From a virus, in the IMG/VR virus record IMGVR_UViG_3300025450_000013: 64,000 nt of DNA. One strand, given 5' to 3'. Below, in pieces: positions 8,567-19,206 of the stretch. Made by a program: the position numbers and the translations under genes. Below the pieces are notes generated by a model. That model made no database searches, was not told where the DNA came from, and saw only the letters and a program-made list of their open reading frames with translations. Every line of letters begins with the position of its first letter. Position 1 is the first letter of the stretch.

Positions 8567-8716
8567 TTACATACCAAACTGTGCTTTCACAACACCGACA
8601 ACTTTATCAATGAACTCATTAATATCTTCATCTGAATGTTGTTCTGCGGTTACGTTGAAATGGCTTCTAACCAGTTCAACAATCTGTGCTTTAGTTTCAT
8701 CTGATAGTTCAAACAT
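8567..8716 (-). CDS. 49-aa hypothetical protein (below ORF-track cutoff)
   Basis: MFELSDETKAQIVELVRSHF...QFGM* with an AGGAG SD; fills the gap between neighbours. Confidence 0.55.
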   Translation of the reverse strand: MFELSDETKAQIVELVRSHFNVTAEQHSDEDINEFIDKVVGVVKAQFGM

Positions 8717-8717
8717 T

Positions 8718-8948
8718 TTATTCTCCTTCTATAATAGCTGTGGATGTTTCTCTATCTATAACTAACTTACCATAACAAGCAATATTCCAATCTTCACTCA
8801 AATCTTCCTTTTCACTAAAAGATGGAACATTTATCTTTACGTGTTTGAATAGGTATTCTTTACCATCTTCAAATACACGCCACACATGGTCAACTGTACC
8901 TCGACCAGGTTGACCTCTGGTTTTATTAAACCTTATACTATATTTCAT
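8718..8948 (-). CDS. hypothetical protein
   Basis: Coupled (ATGA overlap) to the upstream oxygenase. Confidence 0.6.
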   Translation of the reverse strand: MKYSIRFNKTRGQPGRGTVDHVWRVFEDGKEYLFKHVKINVPSFSEKEDLSEDWNIACYGKLVIDRETSTAIIEGE

Positions 8949-9589
8949 ATCACCTCCGCAGGTAGTTGTGCAGGTGGAGGATAATAATCTCTAATACCTA
9001 TATTAAAATGAATAAAAGAAAAGGGAAAATCCGATCCGTTTCTGGTAAATGAATGAGGTAACCACGAATTGGTAAACATTAACATACCAGGTTTAGGTGG
9101 AATATATATTGAATTTGTGGAGTTTTCAATATAGCAGGTAAATTCTGGGCCAAAACTATCTTGTACCTTACCTGGTCTAGGGTCGTGTATCACTATTTGA
9201 CTACAGTTCTTAGGTGCTTCTAGTATATAAAATCCTACTATCTTACAACCATTGGGATGAACATGTTGTTCCATGGATGATGATTTCAAATGATACTGCA
9301 TCCACATACCCATATAATATGTTTGCAGGTTATCCATATTGAATCCTTGATTCTTCAATACGTTCCATGCGGTGTTCAAAATATAATTAGAAAAATCTTG
9401 TATTCTATTGTCGTTAGAAAAATTATAAGTATGGTACATTGGATAAATTTTATCCATCTTCTTTTGTTTCTTAATATCTCTTAGATAGTCATAGGATACA
9501 GTTTTAACATTATCCAAAAAACTTGGTTTATCCAAAGTATAAACACTAGAAGGAAAATAATCAAACTGTTGCCATGTATCATTATCCAT
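8945..9589 (-). CDS. Fe(II)/2OG oxygenase (TIGR02466-like)
   Basis: FPS.VY, W, HVH, GFY, DPRP, PG.L..F.SWLPH. Confidence 0.8.
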   Translation of the reverse strand: MDNDTWQQFDYFPSSVYTLDKPSFLDNVKTVSYDYLRDIKKQKKMDKIYPMYHTYNFSNDNRIQDFSNYILNTAWNVLKNQGFNMDNLQTYYMGMWMQYHLKSSSMEQHVHPNGCKIVGFYILEAPKNCSQIVIHDPRPGKVQDSFGPEFTCYIENSTNSIYIPPKPGMLMFTNSWLPHSFTRNGSDFPFSFIHFNIGIRDYYPPPAQLPAEVI

Positions 9590-9825
9590 TATGCAAACTC
9601 TGCTGCAAATGCTTCATCTATGTCCACGGGTGGAGTCTTTACTAGTATGAAAGCAGGAGTAAATCCAGCAAAGCCATTACCACTTTCAAAGAAGTAGCAA
9701 ACGGCTTGAGCATCTTCTTCAAAGAAGTATTCACCCATAATAAGCCCAGTAGCATTTTCTTGGACATACCATACTAGGTTATCCTCATTATCAAAATCTG
9801 GATAGTATCTATACAACTGTTTCAT
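9589..9825 (-). CDS. hypothetical protein
   Basis: GGAG SD; G.GF.GFTP.F motif. Confidence 0.6.
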   Translation of the reverse strand: MKQLYRYYPDFDNEDNLVWYVQENATGLIMGEYFFEEDAQAVCYFFESGNGFAGFTPAFILVKTPPVDIDEAFAAEFA

Positions 9826-9833
9826 CTTATCTC

Positions 9834-10442
9834 CTAGAAGGTGTTAAAACTAAAGATGGTACGTTCTGGTGTTTTGTTTACCATATCATCCGAACCGTGA
9901 CTTAACCACGCAGGGAATAGATACAAAGTTCCTAGTTCTGGTTTAAACTCTTGCTTCTCTAGGTTATACTTATTCAACCTGCTGAGAGGTGCAAAACTTG
10001 GAAACTCATTCTGGTTATAGAATGTTATTGTGTTGCTATTATCATCCACATGGAGATAGATAACACCAGCAATCTGGCTTCCTGTATGCTTATGTCTCTT
10101 ATGTATGCTACCAACATTTTGCACCGATACCCAGGATGTTACAATGTCCTGTGTGCAATACATTCTCACACCAAGGGCCTCGGCATATTCCATAATAACA
10201 TTCACCATATCGTCCGTGAATGTGGAACAACTCTTTACATTAGCAGTTATAATCTTATGACTTTCACTGGCATAATCCCAAGTGGAGATACCATCAGTCA
10301 GAAGGCTAATAGGATTGAAACCTTCACGGTGTTGCTTAAAGTAATCACAAATGTCTTTACATTGTTCAGGTGTAAGGAAGTTCTTAACTCTTTGTATGAG
10401 TGTAGGGAATAGTTCAATGTCTTCTATCTCAACTTGTCTCAT
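9834..10442 (-). CDS. Fe(II)/2OG oxygenase (TIGR02466-like)
   Basis: LFPT, SW, HKH, GVIYL, G.L.LFPAWL.H, R..FSFN. Confidence 0.85.
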   Translation of the reverse strand: MRQVEIEDIELFPTLIQRVKNFLTPEQCKDICDYFKQHREGFNPISLLTDGISTWDYASESHKIITANVKSCSTFTDDMVNVIMEYAEALGVRMYCTQDIVTSWVSVQNVGSIHKRHKHTGSQIAGVIYLHVDDNSNTITFYNQNEFPSFAPLSRLNKYNLEKQEFKPELGTLYLFPAWLSHGSDDMVNKTPERTIFSFNTF

Positions 10443-10446
10443 ATTA

Positions 10447-11052
10447 TTACCTTACGTTAAAACTTAAAATTATTCTTTCATCGGAACCATTTTCTTCACC
10501 ATCAGACCCATGTCTAATCCAAGATGGAAATATTATTAAATCACCTGCATGTGGTTCAAAATTTACCACTCCATAAACATATTCTGTCAGATTTTCCATA
10601 TCAACATTCATCATTTGTAAATAAGGGGATGGATTTACAAATGATAACTTGCTACTGTATTCATCACATTTAATAAATAAAGCACCTGAAACTGCGGACA
10701 ATGGATGTGAGTGATGTTGTAATATACTTCCTTTATATTGGATATTTGCCCAAGAATTGGTAATGTCTTCTGTTATTAGTTTGTATCCAGAATTTTCACA
10801 ATATTCACAGACAGTTTTATATATTCTATCACTTAAATTTTCACAACTTTTAACTTTCTGGGATATATCCGTTATTGTTTTTTTATCTGGATCATAATTT
10901 GATACACTATTTCCTACTAAAGCAGGATATTTTAAAAATTCATCTATGTTTGTATGGCAATAATCAACTATATCATCACATTGCTTAGAATTTAAAAACT
11001 CACTAATATGAAATACAGGAGTAGGAAATAGACTATATTTGTTTATTTTCAT
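10447..11052 (-). CDS. Fe(II)/2OG oxygenase (TIGR02466-like)
   Basis: LFPTP, SWAN, HSH, SGALF, GDLIIFPSW..H, RI.LSFN. Confidence 0.85.
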   Translation of the reverse strand: MKINKYSLFPTPVFHISEFLNSKQCDDIVDYCHTNIDEFLKYPALVGNSVSNYDPDKKTITDISQKVKSCENLSDRIYKTVCEYCENSGYKLITEDITNSWANIQYKGSILQHHSHPLSAVSGALFIKCDEYSSKLSFVNPSPYLQMMNVDMENLTEYVYGVVNFEPHAGDLIIFPSWIRHGSDGEENGSDERIILSFNVR

Positions 11053-12422
11053 ACCTTCAATCCTTTGAACTTGTTCTTACCATCAAACTGTCTAGGAATA
11101 GGTTTCACTTCTTCCTGTCCTGAGTCCACAATGTCTTGAGCTGATTGTTCTACATCATACAACTTCATCTTGCTTTTGTCAATACCAATCACAAATCTTT
11201 TATTCTGTGACGGATCATTATATCGGTTCTTCAACTGTTTTACCTGAACCTGTTTCAACTGCTCCATGGTTTCATTGGTGATAAGGGCCAAGAACAAATC
11301 GGCCGTAGCAGGCAAACCAAAGGACTCTGAGGTATCGGTCATGTCCGGGTCGGAACTATTATAACCACCTCTGGTCAACTGTGTAGCAGACCAAACAGGA
11401 ACATTGAACTCAACTGCCAAACCTCTCAACTCTTCGGCGATTGCCTTGATGTATGTATAACTATTTGCCACACCTGGTTTGATACGAGAACTGGAACAGA
11501 TGTTAAGATAGTCAATCATAATGGCATCCGGTACAAAGTTCTTTTTCAGGTGTAGTTCATTCAACAAGGATCTGAAATGTGTTGCCGAGGCCGAGGAAGT
11601 TGGATACTCTTTGACGATTAGTTTACCATTAGTTTTGGCCTTCAGATTACTAATCTTTTTCTGATACATATCTTTTGGCAAAACCATCAGATCATCAAAG
11701 GTGATATTCATCAGGTTGGCATCTATTCTCTTTGATACTTCCTCTTCTGCTAGTTCAAGTGTAATATAAAGAACATTCTTTCCTTGAGCGAGATAGCTAG
11801 CGGCAAAATGACACAAACAAAGAGACTTACCAACACCAACGCCTGCCATAACCACGTTGAGAGTTTTCTTAGGAACTCCGTTCTTGGTGATTCTATTAAA
11901 AAAATCAAGATCAAATGGCAATTTCTCTTGAACTCGGTGATAGTATTCGTAACGATCTTCAAACTGTTCGAGGTAATCATGGCCAACGTTTGGATCAAAA
12001 CTAATAGACAACGCATCAGATAACAGACCTGGGATAGCACCTTTTTCCAGTTTACCTTTACCATTCATAATCTCCAGTGAGGAAGTGATAGCATTATATA
12101 TTGCCTTCTCCTGGCAGAACTTTTCTGTGGAATCTAAAAGCCAGTCCGGGTTTGTCAAAACTGTGTCAGCATCAAGTTCTTTTAGTGTCTCCTTGATATT
12201 CTTAACAGTATCGTCGGTTGTACCACGCAAGTTATCAACCTCGATGTCCAAGGCATCAAAGGTTGGTTGCTGATTATACTTCAACACGAAACCGGCCACT
12301 TCTTTGAAAAGTAGCCGGTCTTCTTGATTAGAAAAGTATTCTTCTTTTAGGAATGGTAGAACCTTGCGGGTGTAGGTTTCATTCTTGATTAGGTTCTTTA
12401 GTATCGTTAATTCTAGTCTCAC
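11049..12422 (-). CDS. gp41: replicative DNA helicase gp41 (DnaB family)
   Basis: AGVGVGKS Walker A, ITLE, IDYLNI, SATQ..R.G, SESFGLPATAD, KQLKNRY; probable GTG start at 12422. Confidence 0.95.
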   Translation of the reverse strand: MRLELTILKNLIKNETYTRKVLPFLKEEYFSNQEDRLLFKEVAGFVLKYNQQPTFDALDIEVDNLRGTTDDTVKNIKETLKELDADTVLTNPDWLLDSTEKFCQEKAIYNAITSSLEIMNGKGKLEKGAIPGLLSDALSISFDPNVGHDYLEQFEDRYEYYHRVQEKLPFDLDFFNRITKNGVPKKTLNVVMAGVGVGKSLCLCHFAASYLAQGKNVLYITLELAEEEVSKRIDANLMNITFDDLMVLPKDMYQKKISNLKAKTNGKLIVKEYPTSSASATHFRSLLNELHLKKNFVPDAIMIDYLNICSSSRIKPGVANSYTYIKAIAEELRGLAVEFNVPVWSATQLTRGGYNSSDPDMTDTSESFGLPATADLFLALITNETMEQLKQVQVKQLKNRYNDPSQNKRFVIGIDKSKMKLYDVEQSAQDIVDSGQEEVKPIPRQFDGKNKFKGLKV

Positions 12423-12717
12423 TCTCACCTTCCGCTTCTGATGCATCTAATAATAGGGTATTCAATACAAGCCCAAGAACTGTGTTGAACTTTTCATTTT
12501 TCCGTAATGTCATCATAGACAAGTCATTGGTCTTGAGGATTTCATAATCGTAACCAATCCGAGGAACATTATCCTCATCAACTCTAAACTTGACATAAGT
12601 ATAACGGTAGCACACTCCTGCGAACGGGTCAACCAGTAACTCAATAGGAACTGTTGAACCATCTTCTTTTATATTAAATAAATCATCCCTAAATTTCCAA
12701 TCAATCCCCAGTTCCAT
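12379..12717 (-). CDS. hypothetical protein in the gp40 position
   Basis: Lies between uvsX and gp41, as T4 gp40 does. Confidence 0.5.
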   Translation of the reverse strand: MELGIDWKFRDDLFNIKEDGSTVPIELLVDPFAGVCYRYTYVKFRVDEDNVPRIGYDYEILKTNDLSMMTLRKNEKFNTVLGLVLNTLLLDASEAEGESETRINDTKEPNQE

Positions 12718-13759
12718 CTTCCATCTCCATCACATTTGTTTTACCATACATAAACTCACCTTGACAGGCTTCATCAATCTTTTGTAGAAGGTCTGTGGTA
12801 AAATACTTTTCTGGGTTCTTCTTTACCTGACTTTCAAATGCCTTTGTTCCGTCTGGGAACTCATACTTGTTTGATACCTTTTTAACAAGGCCAAATTTAT
12901 CGGCAAGGTCAAGGAGACCATAGTAAGGATCTAAACCTGAGGAATAGTTCAACCAGGTTTCCACTCTCTTGTCTTCCACGGTCATACGAGATTTCTTGAG
13001 GTGTGCGGTGATAACAGCACCGGTACGACCACCATCGTCGTCCAGTGTCTTATCCTTCTTCTTAGATAGAAAGATGATAGTTGATGCCGCATATTCAAGG
13101 CCAGAACCACCACCCATCTTCTTTACAGGTACATAGGAACCGACCACATCATAAACGTGGTTAGTGACAATCAAAGGCACTTTTGCCTTACCTAACTTGA
13201 GGGTAAGGACACGGAAAGCACCACGCACCAGTTGGGCGCGGGTCATATCACGGGTGTCCTTACCATCGGCAATATCAGCCATTTCTTTATCGGTTGAAAG
13301 ATTACCAAGACTATCAAGAACAAATAGCATTGGTGGTCGTTCACCTTTTTGTTCTAGATACCGATCTAGAATTTTAACCGCTTGCGTCCTGAACTCCTGG
13401 ACCGTAGCCACTGGTACAATTGCCATACGCTTAGTGTCAATTCCGCGGCCTGCAAGAAAATCTTTAGAAACAGCGGATTCGGACTCAAAATAAAAGACAA
13501 ATCCATTTGAATGATCCTCCAAAAATTGATAGCACACATTTAGTGCATAGAATGTTTTACCTACCGATGGTTCACCGGCAAATGCTGTTACTTTGTTTTG
13601 TGGGAGCCCACCGAAGATAGAACCTGATAATAAGGCATTCATTGCATATGAACCAGTGCCTATAAATCCTGAAACATCTCCTGCTTCAATACCATTTTCG
13701 GCAATAGAAGCGTATTCGTTGTTGGTTTCTTCCAACAACTTCTGAAAAATATCTGACAT
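12701..13759 (-). CDS. uvsX: UvsX RecA-like recombinase
   Basis: GEPSVGKT, DSLGNL, DMTRA, NHVY, MGGGSG..YAAS. Confidence 0.95.
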   Translation of the reverse strand: MSDIFQKLLEETNNEYASIAENGIEAGDVSGFIGTGSYAMNALLSGSIFGGLPQNKVTAFAGEPSVGKTFYALNVCYQFLEDHSNGFVFYFESESAVSKDFLAGRGIDTKRMAIVPVATVQEFRTQAVKILDRYLEQKGERPPMLFVLDSLGNLSTDKEMADIADGKDTRDMTRAQLVRGAFRVLTLKLGKAKVPLIVTNHVYDVVGSYVPVKKMGGGSGLEYAASTIIFLSKKKDKTLDDDGGRTGAVITAHLKKSRMTVEDKRVETWLNYSSGLDPYYGLLDLADKFGLVKKVSNKYEFPDGTKAFESQVKKNPEKYFTTDLLQKIDEACQGEFMYGKTNVMEMEDGTGD

Positions 13760-13792
13760 AAGTTTCTCCTTATATTGTGTCTAACAATCTCG

Positions 13793-13975
13793 TTAGGCAA
13801 CTTCTTTAAAATATTTCTGTAACTCTGGTGATAATTTCTCTAGTAGATGACCGCCAATACCAACTCTTACTATATTGGCTAACTCTATAATATTATTGGT
13901 ATCTATTGTATTATCAGGTGTAAACTCATACAAACGTGCAGGTGAATGTTTATGATGTTTATCCTTCTTGGTCAT
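13793..13975 (-). CDS. hypothetical protein
   Basis: Short ORF between the halogenase and uvsX. Confidence 0.45.
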   Translation of the reverse strand: MTKKDKHHKHSPARLYEFTPDNTIDTNNIIELANIVRVGIGGHLLEKLSPELQKYFKEVA

Positions 13976-15530
13976 AGTAGATTTTCTCCTTTAGGTAATC
14001 TATCAAATAAGGTTCATCTTTAACTAAATTGGCCCAGTGATCTCTCTTTTCGGTTAACTTATGAGCAGCCCACAACCAATCTTTTCTATGTTGTTCATTG
14101 TAATTGAATGAATCCAACGAGTGTTTATCTGTAGCAAACAAATTCAATCCTGTAGCAACACAGTTTATGCCTGAATTATTGAAACTATAATTTTCAAATC
14201 TAGAGTTGAAAACATTAATAAAAGAATTTTCATGTTTAATGGTTGGGTCATAAAAATCTTGACTGTATTCACGACGACCAACATCTTTCCAATATTCTGT
14301 ATCATCTCTATGTGAAAGAGCATAATGGAGTGCTACAAACTGTGAGAACCCGTTAAATATCTTTCTACATTCGTAGGTGTATCCGTCTTTATCAATCTGA
14401 CTTACATATCCATCTGGTACTCTATCTAATACACGAAGTAACCGCACTAGAAACATATGAACACTAAAGAGACCATTACTTTCCAGTGGTTCAATAAAAC
14501 CTGCGGATAATCCAATTGGTACTACGTTTTTTTCCCAAAGTTTCTTATATATACCAACACGGAACTTTAACTTCTTATATGTCAATTCTTCGTTGTAAAG
14601 GTTCTTTTCTTTGAGATGTTCTTTAAACTCTTCTAAAGCACCTTCATCATCAATATACTTATCAGAGTAAACATAACCTGTACCAATACGACTCCATAGT
14701 GGAATGTTCCACACCCATCCATTACCGATAGCATGGCCATCAGTATATCCAACCAATTGGTTCTTCTTATCTGTATATGGTGCTTGAGTGGCCCATGCTG
14801 AGTTGTTTGGAAGAATATCTGACATTGATACAAAAGGAACTTTTAACTTATCATATAGAACTGCTTTGAAACCGGTACAATCAATGAATAGATCAGCAGT
14901 AATCTCTTCACCACTATCCAATTGCAGATATTCAATACCATCTTCATTGAGTTTGATATCTTTAACTTCTGCTAGAATATTCTTAACACCTTTAGGTATA
15001 GAATATTCATTTTTCAACCATTGTGCAAATTGGACAGCATTAAAATGATATGCACAATCATTCTTCAGTGTGTATCCAGGAACAATATTATCTTTCTCAG
15101 AAATCTTATTCTGATTAACTAGAGCCATAATGGGATAGATACAAGAAGCATAATCACTAACATGAGTATCAGGAAAAAACATCTTCTTGAAATACCAATC
15201 ATTCTTTTGTGAATGATTACCTTCTACATTAAGATCACCAAAAGGATAATGGAATGATCCAGCACCTTTTTTGTAGAAGTCCGTGAACCTAATGGATAGT
15301 TTATATGAGGCATCACAATGTTTCATCCATTGTTCATCTTTGATACCCAACAGGTTCATCCATTGATTAATAAATCCTAAAGTGGACTCACCAACACCAA
15401 CTGTAGAAATATTAGGGCTTTCAATTAGGACAATCTCACGACCAGGTAATCTAGCAATAAGAGTAGCAGCAGTCATCCATCCAGCAGAGCCACCACCAAC
15501 TATAACAATTTTTTTAATCTGCTTACTCAT
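13959..15530 (-). CDS. flavin-dependent (tryptophan-halogenase family) halogenase
   Basis: GGGSAG FAD motif, VGVGEST, catalytic K (YKLSIRF), FIDCTGF, GWVWNIP, FIEPLESNG; start at 15530 overlaps the gp43 stop (ATGA). Confidence 0.9.
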   Translation of the reverse strand: MSKQIKKIVIVGGGSAGWMTAATLIARLPGREIVLIESPNISTVGVGESTLGFINQWMNLLGIKDEQWMKHCDASYKLSIRFTDFYKKGAGSFHYPFGDLNVEGNHSQKNDWYFKKMFFPDTHVSDYASCIYPIMALVNQNKISEKDNIVPGYTLKNDCAYHFNAVQFAQWLKNEYSIPKGVKNILAEVKDIKLNEDGIEYLQLDSGEEITADLFIDCTGFKAVLYDKLKVPFVSMSDILPNNSAWATQAPYTDKKNQLVGYTDGHAIGNGWVWNIPLWSRIGTGYVYSDKYIDDEGALEEFKEHLKEKNLYNEELTYKKLKFRVGIYKKLWEKNVVPIGLSAGFIEPLESNGLFSVHMFLVRLLRVLDRVPDGYVSQIDKDGYTYECRKIFNGFSQFVALHYALSHRDDTEYWKDVGRREYSQDFYDPTIKHENSFINVFNSRFENYSFNNSGINCVATGLNLFATDKHSLDSFNYNEQHRKDWLWAAHKLTEKRDHWANLVKDEPYLIDYLKEKIYYDQEG

Positions 15531-18085
15531 GAAAAGAAATCCTCTAAACTGGCCGTTTTCTCGGCCTTCCACCCAATACTATCTAGTATAATTTTGAGAG
15601 GGTCAAGAAATGCCTTCTCAAATTGTGTATTATAATCTATATATTTAGATAAGGCAAATTCTTCCGGGATGCCGCCTTGTGGAAAAGATATAACATTGGA
15701 TTGGATGGTGTTTGGTTCTTTAAGGAACACAAACTTTAGTTTCTCACCGTTGTTGATTAGTGGATACTTAGTATCCAGTTTATGACTACGTAGAAAGTGA
15801 TTATATACGAGAGCACCACGCACATGAATAGGTGTCCCGCTTCCGTAGATAGACTTCTTATCAGCATACTTAACGAGACCATTGAGCCCACGAGGAAACG
15901 ATATGTCCGACAAAGGTAGATTTTCAAAAGAAGACCTGAAATCTCTAATAAAAGACTGAATATCTGTTTCGTTGCCGTCAAATATGACATCTACTGCCTC
16001 TCTTAGTTTCTCTCTACATGATGATGGAGTGGAAGACTTGACCATTTCAAGTCCCATAACTTTCTTCTTTGGTTTCTCGTATTGAACACCTTCATTGTTC
16101 CATACACTGAGAATGTATCTCTTCTTGGCGGTCCATATGGCCTTATCACATAGACCTTCTCTCTTCATAAAGATTTTTTGTTGAAATACATTAGTATAGT
16201 CACCAAGGTCTCCACAAGCGGTATCAATAACAGGTTGTATTTTATTCTCACATACTTTATCAAGGAAGGAGATGACTCTTGCCGTATCACCAGTGCCGAG
16301 GTCTTCACCAATAGTCTTGCCCACAAGCGGACCAAGGCGTAGGTAAACCGAGTCTGTATCAAGCGCAATGACATAATCCTCTCCTGTTGTCTTTAGTATT
16401 TTATTGAGATACTGGTTAAGTGTTCTTTCGATCCACCGTATTGAGAGTTGGCCAGTCGTCGTGACCGCAATCGCGTTACGTAGATCAAAAAACCTGAAAA
16501 ACTTGGAGCCAAGCGCACCATAGAGGGAGTTGAGTGATACTTTTTTAGAGAGTTGAAGATTGTTATACTTGGCGATTTTATTTTTAAGTTCTTTCTTTTT
16601 CTCAGGGTCTTTTTCATTTTCATAGGCCGCCTCGGCATCTAGCATCTCCTTCTTATACTTCTTACGATCAGCAAACATCTTCTCAACCATCTCTGGCATA
16701 AAACCTTGCTTGTCACGGCGATAGAACTGGCCATTAGCAGTTAGACATACATTGCTATCCTTTAAGGCAGATAGATCCAACTTACGGGCCAAAAGACTAT
16801 CAACACTAATATTGCTTGAAACAAGGCTGCGCATAGCATCATCGTAATCAACAGGTTCAATAATAGTCTCAGGGGAGATATTACTGCCCATAATGACACT
16901 AGGATACTCACTATTAACATCGAAACTAGCAACCCAATTATGAAATCCAATGATGGGATCTTTAACATAGGCACCCACATAAGCAGCCTCCTTTTCGTGG
17001 CGTTCAATAGGTGGCACAACCTTGTTCTGTGCCTTCAGATGATGGAAACAGATAACATCCCACATACGGACTTGTGCGAACACATCCTCAAAGTTACATT
17101 TGTTATCATAGGACAAAGTTAGAGCGAGTTCAATCAACTTGTTCTTATCATCAATCTTGTCAACGAGGTCAACGTCTTTGATGTTATAGTCGATGAACTT
17201 TTGATAGTCCTCCTTATACAGGTTGAACAAGGTGCCAACCTCTTCATAAGACAACTTTCGTTCACCAAGTTCTTCGTGTGCGATGTTGTCCAACTTATAG
17301 GACTCTTGTGACTTACCGTTCTTAGCATATCGTTGGTACAGGTCAAGCAAGTCAAGTGTGGCAATACCAAGGATTGAGTATGACTTAATCTTACGGTTCA
17401 TACCAAGGTCAACCATCTTATCGTTGATCACACCCCACGGAGATAGTTTCTTGGCCTCGTTTTCACCCATTAGTTTGCGAATACGATTGACCATATATGG
17501 TATATCGAAGTTCTGGACATTCCAACCTGTGATTACATCTGGATATTCCGATTGCCACCAACCAAGAAACTTACGAATAAGGTCAAACTCATCCGCACAT
17601 TTGAAGTATGTAACATCATCACGGGTGTTGTTATACACACCACAACCAAAGGTGGTGAACTGACCATCCATCTTCACGGTGATAGCAGTCAAAGGACCAA
17701 GAGCATGTTCTGGTTCAGGGAATCCACCACCATCAGGTTCACCGACCTCGATATCGATATTGGCCACTTTGATAAGGGACATATCCCAATCAACTGTGCC
17801 TTTGAACTCATCGGCAATAAAGCAATACTGATAACGAGTGTTGCCGTATACCTTAAAGTTCTCCACATTATCATACTGTGAAACAAAATCACGGGCATCA
17901 CGGATCGTACCTGGTTTTACTTTACCCAAGTATTCGCCATAGATTGTGGTGTATTTGGTGGGTGTGTTGGAAGGTACAAAAAGAGAAGGGTGATATTCGA
18001 CTTTATGCCTCACCCTTCTCCCTTGCTCAACACCTCGGTATAGGATCTTTCCACCCCATACTTCAACGTTTGTGTAAAATTTCAT
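15527..18085 (-). CDS. gp43: family B DNA polymerase gp43
   Basis: Exo DIEV and GWN..FDIPY; pol SFDVNSEYPS, K..LNSLYG, DTDS, KKRY; C-terminal clamp-binding SLEDFF. Confidence 0.97.
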   Translation of the reverse strand: MKFYTNVEVWGGKILYRGVEQGRRVRHKVEYHPSLFVPSNTPTKYTTIYGEYLGKVKPGTIRDARDFVSQYDNVENFKVYGNTRYQYCFIADEFKGTVDWDMSLIKVANIDIEVGEPDGGGFPEPEHALGPLTAITVKMDGQFTTFGCGVYNNTRDDVTYFKCADEFDLIRKFLGWWQSEYPDVITGWNVQNFDIPYMVNRIRKLMGENEAKKLSPWGVINDKMVDLGMNRKIKSYSILGIATLDLLDLYQRYAKNGKSQESYKLDNIAHEELGERKLSYEEVGTLFNLYKEDYQKFIDYNIKDVDLVDKIDDKNKLIELALTLSYDNKCNFEDVFAQVRMWDVICFHHLKAQNKVVPPIERHEKEAAYVGAYVKDPIIGFHNWVASFDVNSEYPSVIMGSNISPETIIEPVDYDDAMRSLVSSNISVDSLLARKLDLSALKDSNVCLTANGQFYRRDKQGFMPEMVEKMFADRKKYKKEMLDAEAAYENEKDPEKKKELKNKIAKYNNLQLSKKVSLNSLYGALGSKFFRFFDLRNAIAVTTTGQLSIRWIERTLNQYLNKILKTTGEDYVIALDTDSVYLRLGPLVGKTIGEDLGTGDTARVISFLDKVCENKIQPVIDTACGDLGDYTNVFQQKIFMKREGLCDKAIWTAKKRYILSVWNNEGVQYEKPKKKVMGLEMVKSSTPSSCREKLREAVDVIFDGNETDIQSFIRDFRSSFENLPLSDISFPRGLNGLVKYADKKSIYGSGTPIHVRGALVYNHFLRSHKLDTKYPLINNGEKLKFVFLKEPNTIQSNVISFPQGGIPEEFALSKYIDYNTQFEKAFLDPLKIILDSIGWKAEKTASLEDFFS

Positions 18086-18390
18086 TAAGGTGTGATTATC
18101 TTTGAGTTAGGAACAACAATTCCACCGAAAGTGGTATTGTATTGATTGACAAATTCTGTAATAGGTTTAACAATTGTTATAACATGTTCATGTTTAAATG
18201 TCAAGACCTTTTCTTCTGTCCATTGTGTATAAGGTGCAAAACCAACCGAAGGGCTTGAAGGATCTGTCTTATTAGGAACTACAACAATACGGATAGGATT
18301 CTCAATTTCAATTTCTTTATCATCATCGGAAATAACTTTTCCCATGATGTCTTCGCCTGTGATTAATCGTAAAATCTGTAAGTTTGCCAT
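18085..18390 (-). CDS. conserved T4-like hypothetical (Sm-like fold)
   Basis: ILRLITGEDI..., position immediately upstream of gp43. Confidence 0.6.
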   Translation of the reverse strand: MANLQILRLITGEDIMGKVISDDDKEIEIENPIRIVVVPNKTDPSSPSVGFAPYTQWTEEKVLTFKHEHVITIVKPITEFVNQYNTTFGGIVVPNSKIITP

Positions 18391-18596
18391 CAGTCAATAA
18401 TCTCCATTAGGTAGTCATAAACCCCAAGTGTAACCCACTTGAAAGGTGTAGTAGCGGCACGATTGCCGTATTCGTTAATAAATGTGTAAGAGTTGTCCTC
18501 ATCGGCAATCTTACCAATGCGTTCCCACTTTCCGTCATAGGCCCGCTGTTTAAATTCCGTCTCATAAATCGTCATATCTTTTTCATGGAATTGCAT
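18390..18596 (-). CDS. hypothetical protein
   Basis: SD and tight packing. Confidence 0.5.
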   Translation of the reverse strand: MQFHEKDMTIYETEFKQRAYDGKWERIGKIADEDNSYTFINEYGNRAATTPFKWVTLGVYDYLMEIID

Positions 18597-18606
18597 GTCA
18601 ATCTCC

Positions 18607-19206
18607 TCAGTCCCATAGGCTACGATAATATTTACCGAACAATCTAAACCCGTTATTTATTCTGTTATTATACTCTTTTATACCATCTCTGTCAACCCAA
18701 TAATCAGGATTAGTTTGTTCCCAATACGATGTGTGTTCGTCATCACCATCAACAGGTATAATCTCATACTTTGGTTCACCATGAACAAACTGGTCTTCCC
18801 AGGAATCATCAGTTAGGTTCTCAAAGGCCCAAATCATTTCTTTTAGAACCCATTCCCACCTGTAATGAACCCAGTTGTCATCTTCTGTTCCATGACGCAT
18901 GTGTGGTGGAAGATCCTCATCATCAACCATAGCAGAACCGTGTTTGGTTTCTTTGAGTTGTTTGAGCATAGGAATAATAATGTGTGCGAGTGTTCTATCC
19001 ATATTCCAAGTATCATACTTGTCAATACGGACTTTTATTTTTTGATTTCCACCAATCTTGTTGATCCATTCACAAATATCATTCAACCAAGTCTTGGCAA
19101 GAAACTCACCAACTTTGTCATGTGTATCTTCACTAACAAATGGGATTAGTTGAGCGATTTGATATGGACCCCACCAGGTTTTATATTTACCTATGTAAAC
19201 TTTCAT
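18607..19206 (-). CDS. conserved phage hypothetical protein
   Basis: DTWNMD.TLA.II.PMLKQL and LFGKYY..LWD motifs. Confidence 0.65.
   Translation of the reverse strand: MKVYIGKYKTWWGPYQIAQLIPFVSEDTHDKVGEFLAKTWLNDICEWINKIGGNQKIKVRIDKYDTWNMDRTLAHIIIPMLKQLKETKHGSAMVDDEDLPPHMRHGTEDDNWVHYRWEWVLKEMIWAFENLTDDSWEDQFVHGEPKYEIIPVDGDDEHTSYWEQTNPDYWVDRDGIKEYNNRINNGFRLFGKYYRSLWD

Noticed and set aside
15527-18085. Intein or split gene in gp43 (also gp41, gp46, uvsW)
   Set aside because: Lengths and motif spacing are normal and no splice-junction motifs were seen.
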